Source: Bacteroidaceae bacterium (lineage in GTDB: Bacteria > Bacteroidota > Bacteroidia > Bacteroidales > Barnesiellaceae_A). From it: a DNA stretch of 64,000 nt. The position numbers and the translations under genes are program-made. Within the stretch, counting starts at the first letter, position 1. Each line of letters begins with the position of its first letter. Below the pieces are notes generated by a model. The model ran no database searches, was not told where the DNA came from, and worked only from the letters and a program-made list of their open reading frames with translations. The stretch lies in NCBI GenBank assembly GCA_017522135.1, contig JAFXAB010000029.1, positions 3,610 through 67,609 of the forward strand. The letters are read 5' to 3'. Below, piece by piece: positions 7,570 through 15,231 of this stretch.

Positions 7570-8763
7570 ATGTATAACGCATTTAAGTCTCACTTGACCA
7601 AAGAGTTACAAGACATCAAGGATGCCGGGCTCTATAAGCAAGAACGTATTATTACAACACCCCAAAAGGCCGGTATAAACGTGGCCGGAACCGATGGTGA
7701 AGTGCTTAACTTCTGTGCCAACAATTATTTGGGCTTGTCAGATAACAAGGCTCTCATTGAGGCTGCCAAGAAGGCCATGGATACTCATGGATATGGTATG
7801 TCGTCGGTGCGTTTTATCTGTGGTACTCAAGACTTGCACAAGGAGTTGGAGCGTGCTATAAGCGAATATTTCCATACCGAAGATACTATTCTCTATGCCG
7901 CATGTTTCGATGCCAACGGCGGACTTTTTGAGCCTCTCTTTACTGAGGAGGATGCCATTATCAGTGATGCTCTCAACCATGCCTCTATTATCGATGGTGT
8001 GCGCTTGTGTAAGGCCAAACGTTATCGCTATGCCAATGCCGATATGGCCGATCTTGAGCGTTGCTTGCAAGAGGCTCAGGCACAACGTTTCCGCGTGATT
8101 GCTACCGATGGTGTATTCTCGATGGATGGTAACGTTGCTCCTATGGATAAGATTGTTGAGTTGGCCGAGAAATACGATGCCCTTGTGATGGTTGATGAGA
8201 GTCACTCGGCCGGTGTTGTAGGTCCTACCGGTCGTGGTGTTGCCGAGCAATTCAATTGCTACGGTAAGATTGACATTTTTACCGGTACTTTGGGCAAATC
8301 GTTTGGTGGTGCCATGGGTGGTTTCACTACCGGTCGCAAAGAGATTATCGATATGTTGCGTCAACGCTCGCGTCCTTATCTTTTCTCAAACTCTGTAGCT
8401 CCTGCCATTGTGGGTGCTAGTATCGAGATGTTCCGTACCTTGCAAGCAAGCGATGCTTTGCACGACAAGTTGATTGAGAATGTTACTTACTTCCGCGATA
8501 AGATGTTGGCAGCCGGTTTTGACATCAAGCCTACTCAATCGGCTATTTGTGCCGTGATGTTGTATGATGCCAAGCTGTCGCAGGACTTTGCAGCCGAAAT
8601 GCAGAAGGAGGGTATCTATGTAACAGGTTTCTACTATCCTGTAGTGCCCAAAGATCAAGCCCGCATCCGTGTGCAACTCTCGGCCGGTCACGAGCGCGAG
8701 CATCTCGATCGTGCCATTGCTGCATTTATCAAGGTGGGCAAGAAATTGGGTGTGTTGAAATAA
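7570..8763 (+). CDS. kbl: Glycine C-acetyltransferase (2-amino-3-ketobutyrate CoA ligase)
   Basis: 397 aa, alignable by eye to Kbl/alpha-oxoamine synthases (NFCANNYLGL, DESHSAGVVG, PLP-lysine context GTLGKSFGG). A TAATTTTG box lies at 7528-7535. Confidence 0.95.
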   Translation: MYNAFKSHLTKELQDIKDAGLYKQERIITTPQKAGINVAGTDGEVLNFCANNYLGLSDNKALIEAAKKAMDTHGYGMSSVRFICGTQDLHKELERAISEYFHTEDTILYAACFDANGGLFEPLFTEEDAIISDALNHASIIDGVRLCKAKRYRYANADMADLERCLQEAQAQRFRVIATDGVFSMDGNVAPMDKIVELAEKYDALVMVDESHSAGVVGPTGRGVAEQFNCYGKIDIFTGTLGKSFGGAMGGFTTGRKEIIDMLRQRSRPYLFSNSVAPAIVGASIEMFRTLQASDALHDKLIENVTYFRDKMLAAGFDIKPTQSAICAVMLYDAKLSQDFAAEMQKEGIYVTGFYYPVVPKDQARIRVQLSAGHEREHLDRAIAAFIKVGKKLGVLK

Positions 8764-8787
8764 AGCATCTTCTTACAGAAACATACA

Positions 8788-8826
8788 GCGAGAGGCTGTG
8801 TCGGTTTTTTCGGCACAGCCTCTCGC
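8788..8826. terminator. Bidirectional terminator between convergent kbl and helicase genes
   Basis: A 16-bp stem GCGAGAGGCTGTGTCG (8788-8803) / CGGCACAGCCTCTCGC (8811-8826) with one G-U pair and loop GTTTTTT. Confidence 0.8.
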
Positions 8827-8870
8827 TTGTTATATAAGAGTCAATTGTGTGTGGTTTTATGGTAAGTCTT

Positions 8871-10199
8871 TCAGAATGCTCTGTTTACTTTTATACGACG
8901 ACCTTTTATTTTTTCGGTTTGGCTCTTTTCCAATACTTCGCGTATGTGGTTACGAGCTATGGCGGCATAGCTATAGTGGTCTTTTACCTCTATCAGTCCC
9001 ACATCTGTGGCGGGTAACTCGCACACACGTGTGAGAAATCCCAATATATCTGCTTTGCTCAACTTCTCGCGCTTGCCGGCTGCAAAATGAAGGGTTTCCA
9101 TGACAGGTGTAGCCGGTATATGTGGCTCACTGTCAAGTCGCAAGTAGCGTACTTCGTCGATATACATGGGTAGTTCCTCATGTGGAGCTACGATAAGGTA
9201 GGCATTACCCTTGTTATTCATGCGTGCCGTGCGACCATTGCGGTGTGTGTAGGCCTCGGCGTCTAAGGGTAGGTGATAGTGTATAACGTGTCCTACCGTA
9301 GCAACATCCAATCCACGTGCTGCCAAGTCGGTTGCCACACATATATTGGTGCTGCGATTGCGCAAGCGACATAGGGCGCGCTCACGGTCGGGTTGCTCCA
9401 TGCCGCCATGAAATGCCGCGCACACCACTCTCTTCTTTTTCAAGAAGTCGGTCACGCGTTCTACACTCTCACGTTGGTTGCAGAAAATAATTGTCGAACT
9501 GTCATCTATGCGACACAGCAATTCATAGAGTGTGTCGAGCTTGTCCTTTTGGGGCGATGCCACATGGTATACAGCAAGTTGCTCTTTTTGCTCGGTCTTG
9601 CGGGTATGATCTATGTAATAGAGCCTTTTGGCATTGGGCATAGCCACAAAGTCGGGTATCTCGGCAAGGTCGGTTGCCGATGTGAGTATGCGCATTTGCA
9701 ACCCTTTCATGGGACGTATAAGTGTGCGCATCTCGTTGTGAAAGCCGAGTTCGAGGCTTTTGTCAAATTCATCGAGTATAAGAGTCTCTATCTTTTCAAG
9801 CGATAGGCGACCCCGTTGTACGTGGTCGAGCAGACGCCCCGGTGTACCCAGTACAACGTCGGCTGCGGTCTCAAGGGAGCGAGCTTCGTCGCGAAACGAG
9901 TGCCCTCCATAGCAACATACTATGCGATACCCCGAGGCAATAGTGCGCGCAACCTGTTCTACCTGTTGTGCCAACTCGCGTGTGGGCACAATGATAACTG
10001 CCTGTGTGCGCAATGCTTGTGGTTGTATACGCGAAAATAGTGGTATGAGATATGCCAGCGTTTTACCCGACCCCGTTGGTGCCAGAAGTATAACATCCTT
10101 ATACGATTGACAACTTTCTATCGAGGCCTGTTGCATCGGGTTGAGCGATGTTATCCCAAGTCGCTCACATGCGTTTGCAATGAGTTGCTTGCTATCCAT
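8871..10199 (-). CDS. DEAD/DEAH-box ATP-dependent RNA helicase with DbpA-type C-terminal RNA-binding domain
   Basis: 442 aa with motifs APTGSGKT, DEFD (the DEAD position), TSAT, ARGLDV and HRNGRTAR. The C-terminus is DbpA-like (GKREKLSKADILGFL...IKGRRIKVNRA). Confidence 0.9.
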   Translation of the reverse strand: MDSKQLIANACERLGITSLNPMQQASIESCQSYKDVILLAPTGSGKTLAYLIPLFSRIQPQALRTQAVIIVPTRELAQQVEQVARTIASGYRIVCCYGGHSFRDEARSLETAADVVLGTPGRLLDHVQRGRLSLEKIETLILDEFDKSLELGFHNEMRTLIRPMKGLQMRILTSATDLAEIPDFVAMPNAKRLYYIDHTRKTEQKEQLAVYHVASPQKDKLDTLYELLCRIDDSSTIIFCNQRESVERVTDFLKKKRVVCAAFHGGMEQPDRERALCRLRNRSTNICVATDLAARGLDVATVGHVIHYHLPLDAEAYTHRNGRTARMNNKGNAYLIVAPHEELPMYIDEVRYLRLDSEPHIPATPVMETLHFAAGKREKLSKADILGFLTRVCELPATDVGLIEVKDHYSYAAIARNHIREVLEKSQTEKIKGRRIKVNRAF

Positions 10200-10234
10200 G
10201 TGTGTGCTCTGTATGTTGCTCTTACGGTTTGTGC

Positions 10235-10729
10235 TTATTGTTGTGTGCGCAATGCCGGGATAAATTTAGAGAGTGTTCGGTAGGCTACTTCGTGTGTTAT
10301 ACCCTCGGCGAGAATGATAATGATGGTGTCATCTCCGGCTACTGTGCCCAATATCTCTTTACTGTTGCCGTTGTCTATGTCATAAGCTATGCTTCCTGCA
10401 TAACCCGGGCTTGTCTTGATAACTACGAGGTTATATGAGAACGAGATGGAGAGAAAGCCTCCTAAGCCTACCATGGGCTGGTGGTTGAGTGAGGGTGTGT
10501 ATCTCATGTTTCCTCCTATTACTTCTTCCTTGGGGAGGGTATAGATGTAGCGTCCTGTCGAGTCTGGCACTTTGGCTATCTTCAGTTGTTTCAAGTCTCG
10601 CGATAGGGTGGCTTGAGTTACTTCTATTCCCATATCTGTCAAAGGTTGCAATAGTTCTACTTGGCAACTTATTTTTTGTGTGTTGATTATCTCTCGGATA
10701 ATCTCCAAGCGTTTTTTCTTTAATTTCAT
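10235..10729 (-). CDS. argR: Arginine repressor ArgR
   Basis: ArgR N-terminal wHTH: KKKRLEIIREIINTQKISCQVELLQPLTDMGIEVTQATLSRDLKQLKI. The C-terminal oligomerisation domain carries GTVAGDDTIIII. I set the start at ATG 10729 (MKLKKKRLE) because a TAATTTTG box lies inside the longer ORF that starts at 10768. Confidence 0.85.
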   Translation of the reverse strand: MKLKKKRLEIIREIINTQKISCQVELLQPLTDMGIEVTQATLSRDLKQLKIAKVPDSTGRYIYTLPKEEVIGGNMRYTPSLNHQPMVGLGGFLSISFSYNLVVIKTSPGYAGSIAYDIDNGNSKEILGTVAGDDTIIIILAEGITHEVAYRTLSKFIPALRTQQ

Positions 10730-10915
10730 TGTGTGTATATTTATGCTGATTTTCTGCAAAATTAGCAAAAGTAATTTTAAATAACAAATATAAAAAGATT
10801 AATTATTTAATAAAAATATTTTGATATGCATACTTGCTCTTGAAAGCATGCTCTTGAAAAGTTATATGAGAGATGTAGAAAATTTGCTATATGTTGTTAT
10901 GAAACTGTGCAATAT

Positions 10916-10955
10916 AAAAAAAACAATGGCCTCGATTGACAGCCATTGTTTTTTT
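10916..10955 (-). terminator. Intrinsic terminator downstream of rho
   Basis: The stem is ACAATGGC (10923-10930) / GCCATTGT (10942-10949). A-runs and T-runs on either side give a U-tract on the minus strand. Confidence 0.75.
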
Positions 10956-10976
10956 CTCAATTATTTGAATTACTCT

Positions 10977-11477
10977 TTAGTCGTTCATTGATAACAGAAA
11001 CTCTTCGTTTGAAGAAGTACGCTCAAGTCGCTCTTTGAGAAATTCCATCGCCTCTACCGAGTTCATATCGGCGAGATAGCGGCGCAGTATCCACATGCGG
11101 TTGAGTGTCTCTTTGTCGTGTAGGAGGTCGTCGCGGCGAGTACTTGAGGCGTTGATGTCTACTGCCGGGAAGATACGTTTGTTCGACAACTTGCGGTCGA
11201 GTTGCAACTCCATGTTACCTGTTCCCTTAAACTCTTCAAAGATTACTTCATCCATCTTTGAGCCTGTATCGATAAGGGCTGTGGCTATGATGGTGAGGCT
11301 GCCTCCGTTCTCGATATTGCGGGCTGCACCAAAGAAACGCTTGGGCTTGTGCAAGGCGTTGGCATCGACACCACCCGACAATACCTTGCCCGATGCCGGT
11401 GCTACAGTGTTAAAGGCTCGTGCCAATCGTGTGATAGAGTCGAGCAAGATAACTACGTCATGACCGCACTCTACCAT
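10977..11477 (-). CDS. rho: Transcription termination factor Rho, C-terminal fragment (gene interrupted by an in-frame TAA; possible pseudogene, readthrough or sequencing error)
   Basis: The 166-aa fragment [23 protein letters not shown]...[62 protein letters not shown] is the Walker-B to C-terminal part of Rho. It is in the same frame as 11490..13085 and is separated from it only by TAA plus 4 codons. Confidence 0.85.
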   Translation of the reverse strand: MVECGHDVVILLDSITRLARAFNTVAPASGKVLSGGVDANALHKPKRFFGAARNIENGGSLTIIATALIDTGSKMDEVIFEEFKGTGNMELQLDRKLSNKRIFPAVDINASSTRRDDLLHDKETLNRMWILRRYLADMNSVEAMEFLKERLERTSSNEEFLLSMND

Positions 11478-11489
11478 GCATTTGGCTTT

Positions 11490-13085
11490 TTAAAGTACGA
11501 TATTGGTTATCTTTACGTGGCGTTCGGCTGGTTCGTCAAAGGTAGAGGCTATAACCTCGGCCTTTACGCTGCGCGCCATGTCGGTTACCTCCTCGGGACG
11601 CTCGTCGATAAGTAGTATTATCATGTACACCTCGGGGTGATTTTCTGATATTGCATTGGCAATATCCTTGAGTATTACGGTTTTACCTGTCTTGGGTTGT
11701 GCCACTATCAGACCACGTTGTCCCTTGCCTATGGGCGAGAACATGTCTACTATGCGTGTCGAAAGGTTGCTCGGCTTGCCTCCGGTGAGATTGAATTTCT
11801 CTTGCGGAAACAAAGGGGTAAGGTGGTCGAATGGTACACGGTCGCGAACAAACTCCGGCAATCGACCATTGATGCGTTCTACCTTGGCCAGAGGGAAGTA
11901 TTTTTCTCCCTCTTTGGGCGGACGTATCGAACCCTCTACAACATCTCCGGTTTTCAGTCCGTAGTGCTTTATTTGTGATTGAGATACATATATGTCATCG
12001 GGCGATGTAAGGTAGTTATAGTCGGGCGAGCGAAGGAAACCATATCCGTCGGGCATCATTTCCAGTACACCCGAGCCCATCAGTATATCTTCAAAGTCAT
12101 ACAGACGCTCGCTCGGTATCATATCGTCGCGCAACGACTCTTCATGGCGCATCTCTTCTTGTGCCATGTTGCCGGCCGGCTTGTTGCGCTTGTTATTTTG
12201 TTTATTGTTGTTCTGCTTATTGTTGTAGTTATTGTTTCCACCGTTGTTGTCGCGATTTTGCGGCGTGAATTGTTGCTTGACAATATTGCCGTTCTTGTCG
12301 CGAGAGATAAAGCGAGTGGCTTTGGGGAAAAACGCCGACAAGCCCGGAGTGGGAGGGAGGGGTTGCTCCTGAGGAGTAGTTTCGTCCGATGCATTGTTTT
12401 CAGCCTCGGGGATGACCGGATCGGCTGGTGCGTTCTCTTGAGGCTCGGCTATAGTCTTCTCAACCTCTTTTTCGATTGTTGTATCTTCTTCTTTGATGGC
12501 AACTTTCTCTTCGCGAATTATACGTTTGCGACCGCGGCGAGGTTTCTCCACCTCAACATTGTTGGTTTCGGCCGGTGCAACCTCTTGGGGTTCTTCCTGT
12601 TTCGATTCTTGAGTTGTAGTTGTTGCTTCTTTAACCTCCTCGGTTGCAGGCTCTTCGACCTTTACTTTCTTCTTGCGACCGCGACGAGGTTTCTCTACGG
12701 GTGCTGCCTCTTCGGGGGTAGCCTCTGTTGCCGGAGTACTCTCTGATGCCGGAGTACTCTCTGATGCCTTCTCTTGGGGTGTATTATTTTTTTCTTCTAT
12801 AGCGTTGGGTTGTTCTTCTTTTACGGGTGCAACTTCGGGTTTTTGCACCTCTTTTGCTATCGAAGTTGTCGATTTTTCTTTTTCAACGGGGGTAGGTTGA
12901 GTTATTTTCTTCCTTTTCTTTCCTTCACCACCTTGTTTGCTGGCGCTGATGGCTTGCTCGTCGAGAATAGTATACACCAACTCGTCAATAGCAATATTGT
13001 TGCCGATATTGATACCCAATTGTGTAGCAATCTCTTTTAACTCCGGCAATGTTTTAGCCTCAAGGTCTTTCAAGTAATACATCAT
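11490..13085 (-). CDS. rho: Transcription termination factor Rho, N-terminal fragment (long disordered insertion, RNA-binding domain, Walker A), ending at an in-frame TAA
   Basis: The fragment contains ...[15 protein letters not shown]...[16 protein letters not shown] (CSD-like primary RNA-binding site) and [15 protein letters not shown] (P-loop). It stops at ...[11 protein letters not shown], where E. coli Rho continues ...[12 protein letters not shown]. The probable start is ATG 13085 ([20 protein letters not shown]); the ORF track extends to 13151. Confidence 0.85.
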   Translation of the reverse strand: MMYYLKDLEAKTLPELKEIATQLGINIGNNIAIDELVYTILDEQAISASKQGGEGKKRKKITQPTPVEKEKSTTSIAKEVQKPEVAPVKEEQPNAIEEKNNTPQEKASESTPASESTPATEATPEEAAPVEKPRRGRKKKVKVEEPATEEVKEATTTTQESKQEEPQEVAPAETNNVEVEKPRRGRKRIIREEKVAIKEEDTTIEKEVEKTIAEPQENAPADPVIPEAENNASDETTPQEQPLPPTPGLSAFFPKATRFISRDKNGNIVKQQFTPQNRDNNGGNNNYNNKQNNNKQNNKRNKPAGNMAQEEMRHEESLRDDMIPSERLYDFEDILMGSGVLEMMPDGYGFLRSPDYNYLTSPDDIYVSQSQIKHYGLKTGDVVEGSIRPPKEGEKYFPLAKVERINGRLPEFVRDRVPFDHLTPLFPQEKFNLTGGKPSNLSTRIVDMFSPIGKGQRGLIVAQPKTGKTVILKDIANAISENHPEVYMIILLIDERPEEVTDMARSVKAEVIASTFDEPAERHVKITNIVL

Positions 13086-13220
13086 AAATGAATTTTTAGG
13101 GGGCAATGACACACAATCTACTCTACGATTGTTGTTTTTATTGCCTATCAATTAACGGGGATTTCGTTTTTTTTGAGGTAAAGAGGACTCCGAGCGAGCA
13201 CCTCTTGGATTTTTCGTGTG

Positions 13221-13228
13221 CAAATATA
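13221..13228 (-). promoter_or_regulatory. Candidate -7 box (TATATTTG) for rho
   Basis: The minus-strand sequence TATATTTG matches TAnnTTTG. It would give a ~125-nt leader before ATG 13085. Confidence 0.4.
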
Positions 13229-13412
13229 ACGATTTTTTTGAAAAAAGTGTTCATGATACCTCTTTGTTTAATGATTGAACAAAAAAAATATTTAATAGCG
13301 ACGTAACAGAAAGCTCTGAACGCCCCATTGCTCTCGGCAATGAAGTAGAGAACGTCACCACATAAGTGTGCAATTGTATTACGACCAATAATTCCACTCA
13401 CCCCATATACAC

Positions 13413-13449
13413 AACGCAGGCCGTGCCTCTTATCCGGCACAGCCTGCGT
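13413..13449 (-). terminator. Terminator hairpin after the cohesin-like gene
   Basis: The stem is ACGCAGGCCGTGCC (13413-13426) / GGCACAGCCTGCGT (13436-13449) with one mismatch. There is no clear U-tract. Confidence 0.55.
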
Positions 13450-13482
13450 TTCACTTTATATAAATTTATTCACGGTGTTGTT

Positions 13483-15219
13483 TTACAAAGCCACTTTCAC
13501 CGCAGCATCGGCCACTTTCACCACATACACGGCATCGGTGGGCATGGCTATGCGCATGGTGTCGCTTGTGGCATAGATGGTGCGCAGCAATACGCCGTCT
13601 ACATCATATATGGCTATGCTCTCGCCACGCTCGCAACCGGCCACTACCACATCACCACGATGGCCGTAGGCCTTGATGCGACTGTTGTGCATAGGTGCAT
13701 TCTCTGCGGTTGGTATCTCAAAGCTTATGTTGATAACAGAATTTTCATTAAGTTTAGGGGTGATATAGACGCCTCCAACCAATTCATTTGTTACATCCTC
13801 ACCATTGAAAAGCACAGTGTTCAGCATATAGTAAACATCAGTAGGACTTACTTTTATCATCTGCTCAACACCTTTAGGCAAGTACAATGTCAGGTTGTTG
13901 TAATACGAATCTTGAATCATCAATTCAACGGTATTGCTCAACACGGTTACTACACAACTACTATTTACTAAGTTGTGCTCTGTGCCATTGGTATCTGCAA
14001 AGACAATGTTTTGCAATTGGATTGTATGTGTACCTGCAAAATCATCCGACGTATTGACGTATATATATACCAGCTCGCCTTCATATCCGACAAAAGCTTT
14101 ATTGTTTGACGATGCCGACAACTTTACGATGCCGTCACCTTGTGTCGTTGCGGTATAGGTGTGCATGTTATTGCGTGAAGTGCCCACCATGTAGTCTATT
14201 GCAGTCATTCCCTCGGGCAATATCAGGTCGGCTGTAAACCCTGTAAATTGTACGAGGTTATCGAGGCTTATTCCTATTTGATATTCCGATACTCCGGCTT
14301 CTATCTCAAAGTCTTCGATGTAAAAACGATTGGTAGGTGGTGCGGCAACGGTTACCACACACTCTTCATCCTCAAGGGGTACATTACTACCATCCTGTTG
14401 GGCAAATGCAGTGTTAGCAACTCTTATCGACAATGTATTACCTTGTTCAAGGCTCTTATCGGCTGTTACATCAAATGTCAACAACGCACCATCACTACCC
14501 TCAAAGAGTGATGAGGTCATCGATATACACACGATGCGCAGTGCGCCGTCGCTTTGTATTTTCGACATGATTGTTTGGTCGGTGGCACGAGCGGTAAGTG
14601 TCCAATTGGCGGCTGTAATACCTTCGGGCAAATAAATATCACTTTGAAAACCGGTGTACGCCTTTTTATTATCGAGTATAACACTCACACTTTGGGTTTC
14701 GCCGGGAGCCAACTCAAAATCTTCGATGTAGAAACGGTCGGCCGGTGGGGCTACTATTGTAGTTGTATTTTCTTCATCTTCAAAGTTGACAAAGGCACCG
14801 TTTGACTTGGCAAAAGCAGTGTTGGCTACAGTTATAGTGTGCGTTGTGCCTACTCTCAATCTGTCTGATGCTGTAACATCAAACGTCAACAATGCACCTT
14901 CATTACCCTCAAAGAGTGATGAGGTCATTGATATGCACACGATGCGCAATGCGCCATCTTCTTGTACTCTCGACGAGAATGACTGGTCGCTGGCACGGTC
15001 GGTAAGACTCCAATTATCGGCAGTGAGTCCGTCGGGCATTAGTATATCGCACTGAAAGCCGGTATATGACGAATTGTTGACAAGCATAACACTCACGCTC
15101 TTTGTTTCACCGGGCATTATTTCAAAGTCCTCTACGTAGAAACGATCAGTCGCAGTTGCCGATATTGCAGCAGTGGCAATTGCCACCACTGCAAGTAGGT
15201 TTTTAATTATATTTTTCAT
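13483..15219 (-). CDS. Secreted protein with three tandem cohesin-like modules, an Ig-like domain and a T9SS C-terminal sorting domain (scaffoldin-like)
   Basis: 578 aa with signal peptide MKNIIKNLLAVVAIATAAISATA. Three ~130-aa modules begin DRFYVEDFEIMPGETKSVSV..., DRFYIEDFELAPGETQSVSV..., NRFYIEDFEIEAGVSEYQIG..., with a cohesin-like pattern (YTGFQCDILMPDGL..., GALLTFDVTA...). The CTD tail is IAIYDVDGVLLRTIYATSDTMRIAMPTDAVYVVKVADAAVKVAL. Confidence 0.8.
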   Translation of the reverse strand: MKNIIKNLLAVVAIATAAISATATDRFYVEDFEIMPGETKSVSVMLVNNSSYTGFQCDILMPDGLTADNWSLTDRASDQSFSSRVQEDGALRIVCISMTSSLFEGNEGALLTFDVTASDRLRVGTTHTITVANTAFAKSNGAFVNFEDEENTTTIVAPPADRFYIEDFELAPGETQSVSVILDNKKAYTGFQSDIYLPEGITAANWTLTARATDQTIMSKIQSDGALRIVCISMTSSLFEGSDGALLTFDVTADKSLEQGNTLSIRVANTAFAQQDGSNVPLEDEECVVTVAAPPTNRFYIEDFEIEAGVSEYQIGISLDNLVQFTGFTADLILPEGMTAIDYMVGTSRNNMHTYTATTQGDGIVKLSASSNNKAFVGYEGELVYIYVNTSDDFAGTHTIQLQNIVFADTNGTEHNLVNSSCVVTVLSNTVELMIQDSYYNNLTLYLPKGVEQMIKVSPTDVYYMLNTVLFNGEDVTNELVGGVYITPKLNENSVINISFEIPTAENAPMHNSRIKAYGHRGDVVVAGCERGESIAIYDVDGVLLRTIYATSDTMRIAMPTDAVYVVKVADAAVKVAL

Positions 15220-15231
15220 CTCAATACGCTT

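Noticed and set aside
11979-12746. A 255-aa plus-strand ORF inside the rho insertion region.
   Set aside because: It is the antisense frame of the E/K-rich Rho disordered region, and its translation is F/L/C/R-rich nonsense. Rho homology on the minus strand explains the open frame.
10977-13085. The idea that TAA is recoded (alternative genetic code), so that rho is intact.
   Set aside because: TAA clearly terminates other well-aligned genes in the window (for example kbl at 8761-8763 and the RCC1-LRR gene), so a global reassignment is not supported. Local readthrough or sequencing error remains possible and is reported as a finding.
13138-13440. A 100-aa minus-strand ORF upstream of rho.
   Set aside because: It spans the rho promoter and leader and the terminator of the upstream gene. 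It has no family resemblance and is more simply explained as non-coding leader.
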